Shown here: one piece after another, positions 52,725 through 64,000 of the stretch | How positions within the stretch are numbered: the stretch's first letter is position 1 | Layout of the letters: the number at the start of each line of letters is the position of its first letter | Source: Tubulanus polymorphus | Taxonomy: Eukaryota; Animalia; Nemertea | Length of the DNA stretch: 64,000 nucleotides | Assembly: GCF_964204645.1 (NCBI RefSeq) | Contig: NC_134032.1 | Coordinates: 11,520,275-11,584,274, forward strand | Direction of reading: 5' to 3' | Notes under the pieces: model-generated | What the model was told of the DNA's origin: nothing | The model's input: the letters and a program-made list of their open reading frames with translations, nothing else | Database searches by the model: none | Made by a program: the position numbers and the translations under genes

Positions 52725-53266
52725 ATAATAATAATAATTAATAATAATAATAATAATAATTTATTGAGCCTAAAATCCATATAAAATATGCTCATTGGCT
52801 TTACAATATAAAGACACAATTTAAACATAAAGATAGAAAAAACAATTTACATCATTAGTTAAAAGCTTTAGTGAACAAATGGGTTTTAAGTTGCGATTTA
52901 AAAACATCAGTAGAAGGACTAGATTTACTTGCATCTGGTAAGGAGTTCCAAAGTAGTGGGGCGGAGTAAGAAATGGCCCTGTGACCCGCAGAGACTAGAT
53001 TGACACGAGGGATGACTAGAAGTGATTGACTGTTTGATCTTAACACTCTAGAGGATGCCTTGTATTGCACTAATGATTTCAAATATTGTGGGGCCTGACC
53101 ATTCAAGGATTTATAAGTAAGGATCAAGATTTTAGATTGGATGCGGTATTTGATTGGAAGCCAATGCAGATCGTGTAGAATCGGTGTTATGCGACAAAAT
53201 TTTGAGTTTCGAGTCCGGATCCGGGCTGCAGAATTTTAAACACGTTGTAATTTATCTAAAATGTAT
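52725..53266 (-). mobile_element. 5'-truncated L2/CR1-group LINE
   Basis: LHWLPIKYRI..KILILTYKSLNGQAPQYL...APLLWNSLP...FKSQLKTHLF; (ATT)n tail; gaata duplicated at both ends relative to paralogous empty sites. Confidence 0.88.
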
Positions 53267-53386
53267 GAATACTGACTGACTTGAGTTCTTCCTATCCTTG
53301 AACAGGTCACACACATACCGGGTACCTGCTCTATTTTGTAATCATAAAATGAAAACTAAAATCCGGATTCTGATGGCTATTTGCAG

Positions 53387-53685
53387 GTTTTGAGATCGGA
53401 CCGGCGTGGCATCTCGGAATGGACGCTTACCGTTACTACGGAAGTGGGCAGAACTTGTCGGCGATGGCGACGTCATTTGCCCCGGAAACCGTAGATCTGG
53501 ATAAGCGTCGAAAACACGCGTGCAGTTTCTGCGGAAAGCGGTTTTCGAAAGCGGGAGATCTAAATCGCCACAAACGAATTCACACCGGTGAAAAACCGTT
53601 TAAATGTCCGATGTGCGAGCAACGTTTCAGTCGGAAATATCACTGTAAAAATCACCTGAAACGTGTTCACAACACGTTCGTCTGA
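53387..53685 (+). CDS. Cassette B7, 2 fingers
   Basis: ctgatggctatttgcag|GT phase 1. Confidence 0.87.
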
Positions 53686-54108
53686 ATATAGAGAAAAAGG
53701 AGTTTCTTTTGGTGAAGGATGATTCAGTTTATTGTTTATATTGGGACTGAATACAGAATTTTAGAGTAATTATTCGTAGTTTCCTGATGAATTCGAAAGT
53801 ATTGTTGGTATTTCAGTTTTGGACCTTTTTCCTTAGAAGGCTTTTCTATAAAGACAAGTGAAATTGACGAGGCGTTTTTGACGGTAGCAATATGTGTTCA
53901 TCTGTTACTGAAGTGATGTAAAAGATATAAGACTTATGATAATATCGCGAAAAACTTGATTTTCCCTTTTAGTGTTATCTTTGTTGTTCCGTATCAGAAC
54001 TGACAGTAACTCAGTTTCGTCCTGCGTCTTGAACAGGTTACCGTTATGCATACCTGCTCTAATCATGAAATGACGAACTAAAGTCTGGATTCTGATGGCT
54101 ATTTGCAG

Positions 54109-54743
54109 GTTTTGTGATCGGACCGGCGCGGCATATCGATATGGACACTTACAGTCAAATCGGAAATGAGCAGAATTTGTCGCGGAAGGCGTCCCTTGTT
54201 GCCGTGGAAAACACAGATCGGGATAAGCGTCGAAAATACGCGTGCAGTATTTGTGGACAGCGATTTTTGAAAGCGGAATATTTAAATCGGCACGAGCGAA
54301 TTCACACCGGCGAAAAACCGTTTAAATGTCCGACGTGCGAGAAATGTTTCCTGACGGAAGTACAGTGTGATAAACACATGATACGCATTCATACCAACAA
54401 AGGACGATTCAAATGTCAGTTTTGCGATAAAAGGTTTAAATTTCGTGCAGAAGTTAAAATACACGAGCGAATTCACACCGGCGAAAAACCGTTTAAATGT
54501 CCGACGTGCGAGCTGCGTTTTGCGATGAAATCGAACTATAACCGGCACATGAAACGCGTTCATATCAATGAAAAACCGCTGAAATGTCGGTTTTGCGATA
54601 AAAGATTTAATATATCTTCAGATTGCAAACAACACGAACGAACACACGCCGGCGCAAAATCTTTCAAATGTCCGACGTGTGAGAAATGTTTCAGGCTGAA
54701 ATCTTATCTCAACAAGCACATAAACCGCGCTCATAACTATTAA
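54109..54743 (+). CDS. Cassette B8, 6 fingers
   Basis: ctgatggctatttgcag|GT phase 1. Confidence 0.87.
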
Positions 54744-55157
54744 CTGAGTAAAAAGTGTTCAATCATCAGTTACGCGGTAATGATTCTAATTTCGAAGGTT
54801 GTGTGATTGGCACGAGCGAAAAAACCTTTTAAATATCCGATGTGCGAAGAGTAATTTCATAAGTACTTTTTTCTATTCAAAGATTATTTAGTTAATTGCT
54901 CATGTTGGGACTAAATACAGAATTAGTGAGTAATATGTCTATTTTCTTCAAGGTTTTGTTAAAGTTAAGTTTATTGCTCCACATTTAACTCATTGCACAG
55001 AGCATAATGTTCTCAGTTTTGGACTTATGGAAGTTTTTCCTTAGAATGCTTATCTATAAAGACAAGTGAAATTGACGAGGCGTTTTTGACGGTAGCAATA
55101 TGTGTTCATCTGTTACTGGAGTGATGTATAAGGTGTAAGACTTATGATAATATCTGG

Positions 55158-55680
55158 AACGCATTCATACCAACAAAGAACGATTCAAATGTCAGTTTTG
55201 CGATAAAAGGTATAAATTTCGTGCCGAAGTTAAAATACATGAGCGAATTCACACCGGCGAAAAACCGTTTAAATGTTCGATGTGCGAAGAAAACGTTTTG
55301 CGCGGACATCAAATCGTAATACGCACATGAAACGCGTTCATATCAATGAAAAAGAGTTTAAATGTCGAGTTTGTGATAAAAGGTTTAATACTCCTGCAGA
55401 TTGCAAACAACGCGAGCGAATTCACACCGGCTTAAAACCGTATAAATGTCCGACGTGCGAGAAATGTTTCACGCAGAGATGGACTCGTAAAAAGCACATG
55501 AAACGCATTCATAATAACTAACTGAGAAAAAAAGTGTTTCAGTGTCGGTTTCGCGATAATGATTTCAATTCCGAAGGGTGTGCAAATAACGCAAAAAAAG
55601 CGTTTAATCCTCGATGTGTGAGCGATGTTTCAATCGGAATTATTAACTGCAGGGCACATGAAACAACTTCATAACGCGTT
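55158..55680 (+). pseudogene. Acceptor-less, frameshifted ZF cassette fragment
   Basis: Intron sequence is fused directly to acgcattcataccaacaaa (mid-B8 homolog); no acceptor. Confidence 0.75.
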
Positions 55681-56190
55681 TTAACTTTTAACTACTATTC
55701 GTTTGCAATATAGGAAAGGAGTTTCATTTGGTAAATTGGAAGAAAAGGAGTAATTTCATGCTTCTTTCTACTTTTCTATTGAAAGATAATTGATTATACT
55801 GTATATGTTGGTACTTTGATGCAGAATTTGAATTTGTATTTGTATTTACTTCAAGGTTTGAGAGTATTATGTTCTCGGGATTTCAGTTTTAGACTTACGA
55901 AAGTTTATCATTAGAATACCGGTACGAGTAACAATAAGCCAGTGTTTGGTTTAGAAGATGTCAATCTGTTCATATGTTGCTGGAATGATGTGATTTTTGT
56001 GTAAGATATTTTTCAACTTGTTTAAATAAATAACATTTTAATAAAATTTACTTTCTTTGTGTTGGTTTTTGTCGTTCTCCATTAGGAATACTGATTGTGA
56101 CTTCCTGCATTTTGACATATAGGTACCTGCTCTAATTTTGTAATCATTAAAATAAAAATCTAAAGTCCGGATTCTGGTGGCTATTTGCAG

Positions 56191-56487
56191 GTTTCGTGAT
56201 CGGACCGGCGTGGCATCTCTGAATGGACGCCTACCGTCAGATCGGAAATGAGTTGAATTTTTCGGGGAAAGCAACGCCAGTTGCCCCGGAAGCCGTAGAT
56301 CAGGACAAGCGTCGGAAACACGCGTGCAGTTTTTGCGGAAAGCGGTTTTCGAAAGCGGGGGATTTAAATCGGCACGAGCGAATTCACACCGGCGTAAAAC
56401 CGTATAAATGTCCGCTGTGTGAGCTATGTTTCATTCGGAGAGATCGCTGTAAAGTCACCTGAAACGTGTTCATAACGCGTTCGTCTG
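56191..56487 (+). pseudogene. Cassette B9, nonsense-disrupted paralog of B7
   Basis: Acceptor intact, GGA>TGA at 56220, frameshift in finger 2. Confidence 0.8.
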
Positions 56488-56934
56488 AATATATACATGT
56501 GCTAAAGGAGTTTCTTTAGGTGAAGTAATGAGTAATTTCATAGTACGTGCGCACTGCTCCTGGTCTATCCGAAGATAATTCAGTTTATTGTTCATATCGG
56601 GACTGAATACAGAACTCGACAGTCAGTATGCGTATTTTCCTCATGAATTTGAAAGTAATGTCGGTATTTCAGTTTTAGACTTTTGGAAGTTTTTCCTTCG
56701 AATGCTTTTCTACAAGGATTAGTAAAACTGACCGGGCGTTTTTGACGGTTGCAATGTGTTCATTCATGTTTTACTGGAGCGATTAGACTTGTTATGATAA
56801 TATCGCGAAAAAATGAGATTTTCGTTGTGTTGTCTTTGTCATTCCCCACCTGGAATAATGACGATAACTGAGATTCTTCCTGCTCTAATCATAAAATGAC
56901 AAACTAAAGTCTGGATTCTGATGGCTATTTGCAG

Positions 56935-57410
56935 GTTTTGTGATCGGACCGGCGCGGCATATCGATATGGACACTTACAGTCAAATCGGAAATGAGCAAT
57001 ATTCTGCGGCGAAGGCGATGTCAGAAACCATGGAAACCGTAGATCAGTTTAACCGTCGGAAAAACACGTGCAGTTTTTGTGGAAAGCAGTTTTTAAAAGC
57101 AGCACGATTAAATCAGCACAAGCGAATTCACACCGGCGAAAAACCGTTTGAATGTCCAATGTGCGAGAAACGTTTCAGTCGGAAAGGATCCTGCACAGCT
57201 CACATGAAACGTGTTCATTCCGATGAACGACCGTTTAAATGTCGGTTTTGTGATAAACGAATGAAAGGTCAGAGTGAACTGACGGTACACGAGCGAATTC
57301 ACACCGGTGAAAAACCGTTTAAATGTTCGATGTGCGAGAAACGTTTCAATCATGGATCAGACTGTAAACGGCACATGGGAGTGTTTCATACTAATGAAAC
57401 AACTTTTTAA
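56935..57410 (+). CDS. Cassette B10, 4 fingers
   Basis: ggctatttgcag|GT phase 1. Confidence 0.85.
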
Positions 57411-57717
57411 ATGTCCGATTTGCAAAAAAATCTTTCACTGTAAAAGCAGAATGTAATAAACACATGAAACGCATTCACGTCAATCAAAAAATGTTTACAT
57501 GCCAGTTTTATGATAAAAGGTTCATTTCTCCTGCGGATTACAAACAACACGAGCAAATTCACACCGGCGAAAAACAGTTTAAATGTCCGACGTTCGAGAA
57601 ACGTTTCACGCTGAAATAATCCTGTTTCTTCCTGTGTCCTGAACAGGACACACATACCAGGTACCTGCGCTAATTTTGTAATCATTAAAATGTTCGGATT
57701 CTGATGGCTATTTGCAG

Positions 57718-57900
57718 GTTTCGTGATCGGATTGGCGTGGCATCTCGGAATGGATGCTTACCGTCCGATCGGAAGTGGGTAGAATTTGTCAGGGATAGTG
57801 ACATCAGTTGCCCCGGTAACCACTGTAAGGATAAGCGTCGAAAACACGCGTGCGGTTTTTGTGAAAAGCGATTTTCAAAAGTGGGGGATTCGAATCAGCA
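57718..57900 (+). pseudogene. Cassette B11, TAG at 57780, truncated in finger 1 by a repeat
   Basis: Acceptor intact; CAG>TAG relative to B14. Confidence 0.8.
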
Positions 57901-58288
57901 AATTGGTTGAAAATGATTTTAGCTCTGCATTGGTGTTGATCCCTATAATGCGCCTCTTTTAAAAGAAAAATTACCGTTTTGGGACACCTAAACAGAAAAT
58001 CAAACGATATCTACCAATCAAATAAATAACAGGGTCAATCCCTATTTTTAAGATAAAAAAAAAGCATCCTCTTTCTCGACGAGACCCCGGATCCGCCTGG
58101 TGGTGTATATAGGCTTCATCAGATTCACCTGATTCATCTAGCAGTGGACGCTCGTGTTTCAAATAGAATAGTTAGCCATTAAAGTGCTTTACTCCTCCCG
58201 TAGTTTAATTTATTCCTTTGCCTTGAACTGGTCACACAATATTGTATCAAAGGATAACTAAAGTGTAGATTCTGATGGCTATTTGCAG

Positions 58289-59064
58289 GTTTCGTGGTCG
58301 GACCGGCGCGGCGTATCGGAATCGACGCTTTCAGTCAGATCGGAGTCAATTCTGCGGAGATGGCCTCACCTGAAACCACAGATCAGGATAATTTTCAGAA
58401 AAACGAGTGTAGAATTCGTGGAGAGCACTTTGTCGAAACGGGAGATCTAAATCGGCATGAACTAAGACCGTTTAAATGTTCGACGTGTGAGCTATGTTTT
58501 GTACAGGAATCGCATTATAAACAGCACATGAAACTGGTTCATTCCGACGAACGACCGTTTAAATGTCAGTTTTGCGATAAACGATTGAAAACTAATTACC
58601 ATTTGAAACAACACGAGCGAATTCACACCGGCGAAAAACCTTTTAAATGTCCGCTGTGCCAGCTACGTTTCAAACAGAAATCACACAGTAACGTGCACAT
58701 GAAACAGGCTCATTCCGATGAACGACCGTTTAAATGTCGGTTTTGTGATAAAAGAATGAAAGCTAGTTTCCATTTGAAACAACACGAGCGAATTCACACC
58801 GGCGAAAAACCGTTTAAATGTCCGATGTGCGAGTTGCGTTTTGCGATCAAACCTCACTATAATCGGCACATGAAACGCGTTCATATCGATGAAAAACCGT
58901 TTAAATGTCAGTTTTGCGATAAAAGATTTAATATAACTTCAGATTGCAAACAACACGAGCGAATACATGCCGGGGCAAAATCGTTCAAATGTCCGACGTG
59001 TGAGAAAAATTTCACCCTGAAATCTTATCTCAACAAGCACATAAACCGCGCTCATTACTATTAA
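58289..59064 (+). CDS. Cassette B12, 7 fingers (chimeric)
   Basis: Phase-1 acceptor; 5' end matches B15, 3' end matches B8. Confidence 0.87.
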
Positions 59065-59603
59065 CTGAGTAAAAAGTGTTCAATCATCAGTTTCGCGGTA
59101 ATGATTCTAATTTCGTAGGTTGTGTGATTGGCACGAGCGAAAAAACCTTTTAAATATCCGATGTGCGAAGAGTAATTTCATAAGTACTTTTTTCTATTCA
59201 AAGATAATTTAGTTAATTGCTCATGTTGGGACTAAATACGGAATTAGTGAGTAATATTTGTATTTTCTTCAAGGTTTTGAGCGTAAAGTTTTCAGTATTT
59301 CAGCATTGGACTTATGGAAGTTTTTCCTTAGAATGCTTTCCTATAAAGACAAGTGAAATTGACGAGGCGTTTTTGACAGTAGCAATATGTGTTCATCTGT
59401 TACTGGAGTGATGTATAAGGTGTAAGACTTATGATAATATTGCGAAAAACTTGATTTTCCCTTTTAGTGTTATCTTTGTTGTTCCGTATCAGAACTGACA
59501 GTAACTCAGTTTCGTCCTGCGTCTTGAACAGGTTACCGTTATGCATACCTGCTCTAATCATGAAATGACGAACTAAAGTCTGGATTCTGATGGCTATTTG
59601 CAG

Positions 59604-60079
59604 GTTTTGTGATCGGACCGGCGCGGCATATCGATATGGACACTTACAGTCAAATCGGAAATGAGCAGTATTCTGCGGCGAAGGCGATGTCAGAAACCAT
59701 GGAAACCGTAGATCAGTTTAACCGTCGGAAAAATACGTGCAGTTTTTGCGGAAAGCAGTTTTTAAAAGCAGCACGATTAAATGAGCACAAGCGAATTCAC
59801 ACCGGCGAAAAACCGTTTGAATGTCCAATGTGCGAGAAACGTTTCAGTCAGAAAGGATATTGCACAGCTCACATGAAACGTGTTCATTCCGATGAACGAC
59901 CGTTTAAATGTCGGTTTTGTGATAAACGAATGAAAACTAGTTTCCATTTAAAGGAACACGAGCGAATTCACACCGGCGAAAAACCGTTTAAATGTTCGAT
60001 GTGCGAGAAACGTTTCAATTATAGATCAGACTGTAAACGGCACATGGGAGTGTTTCATACTAATGAAACAACCGTTTAA
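59604..60079 (+). CDS. Cassette B13, 4 fingers, duplicate of B10
   Basis: Phase-1 acceptor; remnant fingers continue to ~60450 out of frame. Confidence 0.85.
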
Positions 60080-60548
60080 ATGTCCGATTTGCAAAAAAAT
60101 CTTTCACTGTGAAGGCAAAATGTAATAAACGCATTCACATCAATCAAAAAATGTTTACATGCCAGTTTTATGATAAAAGGTTCATTTCTCCTGCGGATTG
60201 CAAACAACACGAGCGAAATCACACCGGCAAAAAACAGTTAAAATGTCCGACGCGCGAGAAACGTTTCACGCTGAAATCAACATGTCAAACGCACATAAAA
60301 GAAGTTCATACCGATGAAAGACCGTTTAAATGTCAATTTTGCGCTAAACGAATGAAAACTTGGAACCAATTGAAGGTACATGAGCGAATTCACACCGGCG
60401 AAAAACCGTTTAAATGTCCGATGTTCGAGAAACGTTTCACGCTGAAAGGATCCTGTTTCTTCGTGTGTCGTGAACAGGACACACATACCAGGTACCTGCG
60501 CTAATTTTGTAATCATTAAAATGTCCGGATTCTGATGGCTATTTGTAG

Positions 60549-60742
60549 GTTTCGTGATCGGATTGGCGTGGCATCTCGGAATGGATGCTTACCGTCCGAT
60601 CGGAAGTGGGCAGAATTTGTCAGGGATAGCGACATCAGTTGCCCCGGTAACCACTGTTAAGGATAAGCGTCGAAAACACGCGTGCGGTTTTTGTGAAAAG
60701 CGATTTTCAAAAGTGGGGGATTCGAATCAGCAGATTGGTTGA
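60549..60742 (+). pseudogene. Cassette B14, truncated within finger 1
   Basis: atttgtag|GT phase 1; CGFC present but His ligands lost at the repeat junction. Confidence 0.7.
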
Positions 60743-61117
60743 AAATGATATTAGCTCTGCATTGGTGTTGATCCCTATAATGCGCCTATTTTTAAAAAAA
60801 AAGTACCCTTTTGGGACACCAAAACAAAATCAAACGAAATCTACCAATCAAATAAATAACAGGGTCAATCCCTATTTTAAGATAAAAAAAAGCATCCTCT
60901 TTCTCGACGAGACCCCGGATCCGCCCCGGTGGTGTACATAGGCTTCATCAGATTCACCTGACTCATCTAGCAGTGGACGCTCGTGTTTCAAATAGAATAG
61001 TTAACCGTTAAAGTGCTATACTCCTCCCGTAGTTTTATTTATTCCTTTGCCTTGAACTGGTCACACAATATTGTATCAAAGGAAAACTAAAGTGTGGATT
61101 CTGATGGCTATTTGCAG

Positions 61118-62034
61118 GTTTCGTGGTCGGACCGGCGCGGCGTATCGAAATCGACGCTTTCAGTCAGATCGGAGTCAATTCTGCGGAGATGGCCTCACCA
61201 GAAGCCACAGATCAGGATAACTTTCAGAAAAAGGAGTGTAGAATTCGTGGAGAGCATTTTGTCGAAACGGGAGATCTAAATCGGCATGAACGAAGACCGT
61301 TTAAATGTTCGACGTGTGAGCTATGTTTTGTACAGGAATCGCATTATAAACAGCACATGAAACAGGTTCATTCCGACGAACGACCGTTTAAATGTCAGTT
61401 TTGCGATAAAAGCATGCAAGCTCTCTATAATTTGAAACGACACGAGCTAATTCACACCGGCGAAAGACCGTTTGAATGTCCCATGTGCGAGAAACGTTTC
61501 GCGCTGAAATCAAATTGCAAACAACACGTGAAACAGGTTCATGCCGATAAACTACTGTTTAAATGTCCGACGTGCGAGGAATGTTTCGCGCTGAAATCAC
61601 ATTGTGACTCGCACGTGAAACGCGTTCATTTCGATAAAAAACCGTACAAATGTCAGTTTTGTGGTTACAGGTTTGATAGCCGTAAAGATTGTGAACGTCA
61701 CGAGCGAATTCACACCGGCGAAAAACCGTTTAAATGTCCCACATGCGAGAAATGTTTCGCGCTGAAATCACATTGTCAAGCGCACCTGAAACTGGTTCAT
61801 TCCGACGAACGACCGTTTAAATGTCAGTTCTGCGATAAAGGAATGAAATCTAGTTTCCATTTGAAACAACACGAGCGAATTCACACCGGCGAAAAACCGT
61901 TTAAATGTCCGATGTGCGAGCGACGTTCCATGACAAAATCGAATTATAACCGGCACATGAGACTGGTTCATAACGTTGACCCGAATAGCCTCGTGTCATC
62001 CGGGAAAGCCGGTGACTGTAAGATTTACAATTAA
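61118..62034 (+). CDS. Cassette B15, 8 fingers
   Basis: Phase-1 acceptor; three further out-of-frame fingers at 62120-62396. Confidence 0.87.
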
Positions 62035-62851
62035 TATCAGTTTTGCGATAAAGGGTTTTAATTCTCATGCTCGTGTTAAATGACATGAGCGAACACACGC
62101 CAGTGAAAAACCGTGTGTCCACCGGCGAAAAACCGTTTAAATGTTCGATTTGCGAGAAACATTTTACGCAGACATCAAGCTGTTACCTTCACATGAAACA
62201 GGTTCATACCGATGAACGACCGTTTAAATGTCAGTTTTGCACTAAACAGATGAAAACTCGCGACCATTTGAAACAACACGAGCGAATTCACACCGGCGAA
62301 AAACCGTTTAAATGTCCGACATGCGAGAAACGTTTTATTCGGAAAGATTACTGTAAAGATCACGTGAAACGCGTTCATAACACGTTCGATTCTTAAATAC
62401 TAAAGTTTGAATATAGAAATGAAAACTCATTTGGAATTCCCTAGTACTGTTTAGTTATTTTCTACTATCCAAAAAGATAATTCAGTTATTGTTTATGATG
62501 GGACCGGATATATTATATTATATTATTATATATAATCAGATGTATTTATATTTTGTCTTATTATGGTACGAGAATAATGTTCTTGGTATTTCAGTTTTGG
62601 ACTAGGCGTTTTGTTTGGAAGCAGCATATATTACGTTGCTAGAATGATGTGATTTTTGTGTAAGATATGATTATATCTGTTTAATAAATAAGAGTGAAAA
62701 TGATGACTTTCTTCGTGTTGGTTTTTGTCGTTTCCCGTCAGGAATACTGACAGTGACTTGAGTATCATCCTGCATTTTGAACAGGTCGCACATACCGGGT
62801 ACCTGCTCTAATTTTGTTATCATAAAATGAAAACTAAAATCCGGATTCTGA

Positions 62852-63175
<324 letters not shown>

Positions 63176-63589
63176 TTCTTCGATAAATTGAAACGACACG
63201 AGCGAATTCACACCGGCGAAATACCGTTTCAATGTCCGATGTGCGAGCAACGTTTCACGCAGATATCGAGCCGTAAAACGCACATTAAACGCTTTCACAC
63301 CAACGAAATCAGAAATCACAATGTCAACAGCACATGAAACGCGTTCATAACAAGTTCGGTTTTAAATTCTAGTTTTGATTAAGTAAATAAGTTTCATTTG
63401 GTTTCAAATTGAACTTTAAGTGTAATCATAGTAATGTACTTCTTATTTTTCTATCCAAAGATAATTCACTGTATGGTTTATGATGGAACTGAATACAGAA
63501 TCCGAGAGTTATGTCATATTTTCCAAGTTTGGCTCGACCAAGCCCGAACCAATCTTTAGCACGGCACAAAATATTTCACAGAAAAGCGG

Positions 63590-63697
63590 TATCCAGTTCC
63601 ACAGTTGTGAATTAGATAGAGTTAACTTTGAGTTGAAATTAATTCATTTTCAAACTCAGATGCAAATCTTAACTCGGAACTGTGGAGCTGGAGCCTG
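63590..63697. mobile_element. MITE of the ccagttccacagtt family
   Basis: IR ccagttccacagtt / aactgtggagctgg. Confidence 0.65.
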
Positions 63698-63737
63698 CAC
63701 ATTAAGATGACAAGAAAGTTTGAATTGCTACTGGTTC

Positions 63738-63910
63738 CGTGTCAGTTTTGCGACGACGCGGCGTTTATTACTGCTGCAGATTGTAAACAACCCGAGCGAA
63801 TTCACACCGACGAAAAACCGTTTAAATGTCCGACGTGCGAGTTACGTTTTGGACAGAGATCAAACTGTAACTGCCACATAAAACGCGTTTATAACAAGCT
63901 AGATGCTTAG
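63738..63910 (+). pseudogene. Decayed ZF remnant
   Basis: CQFC...QPERIH, CPTC...HIKRVY; His ligands mutated; no acceptor seen. Confidence 0.65.
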
Positions 63911-64000
63911 CGCTGTTTTGACCTAAATTCAGCAGAGCTGATGGGTTGGGGAAACGCCCATATTTCATAAATGGCTCTAGTCCTAGTTTTTATCGGATTT

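Overview
AT-rich animal (invertebrate-type, intron-containing) genomic DNA dominated by C2H2 zinc-finger coding units, all on the + strand. These do not look like separate single-exon genes. I checked the frame of 34 ZF cassettes by hand: each starts at a 3' splice acceptor (YAG|NN) in the same phase (phase 1) and ends in its own stop codon, and several have no usable ATG. Two paralogous sets of constant exons lie in the window: gene A at about 30.6-32.6 kb and gene B at about 42.0-45.2 kb. Each has a non-coding exon, an exon encoding a conserved 49-aa N-terminus, and a large disordered exon ending in a phase-1 donor (CAG|GTAGGT). Gene A is followed by 4 cassettes and gene B by at least 16. 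Another 15+ older cassettes at 1-16.2 kb have no constant exons in the window. The inferred architecture is constant N-terminus plus mutually exclusive ZF terminal exons, as in Drosophila lola/broad/fruitless/tramtrack/mod(mdg4), but with no recognisable BTB domain. The arrays show tandem duplication, chimeric cassettes, pseudoexons and divergence concentrated in the recognition helices. The 16.3-30.5 kb spacer holds MITEs, a LINE fragment, tandem repeats and palindromes. Splicing is inferred from sequence only; no transcript data were available.
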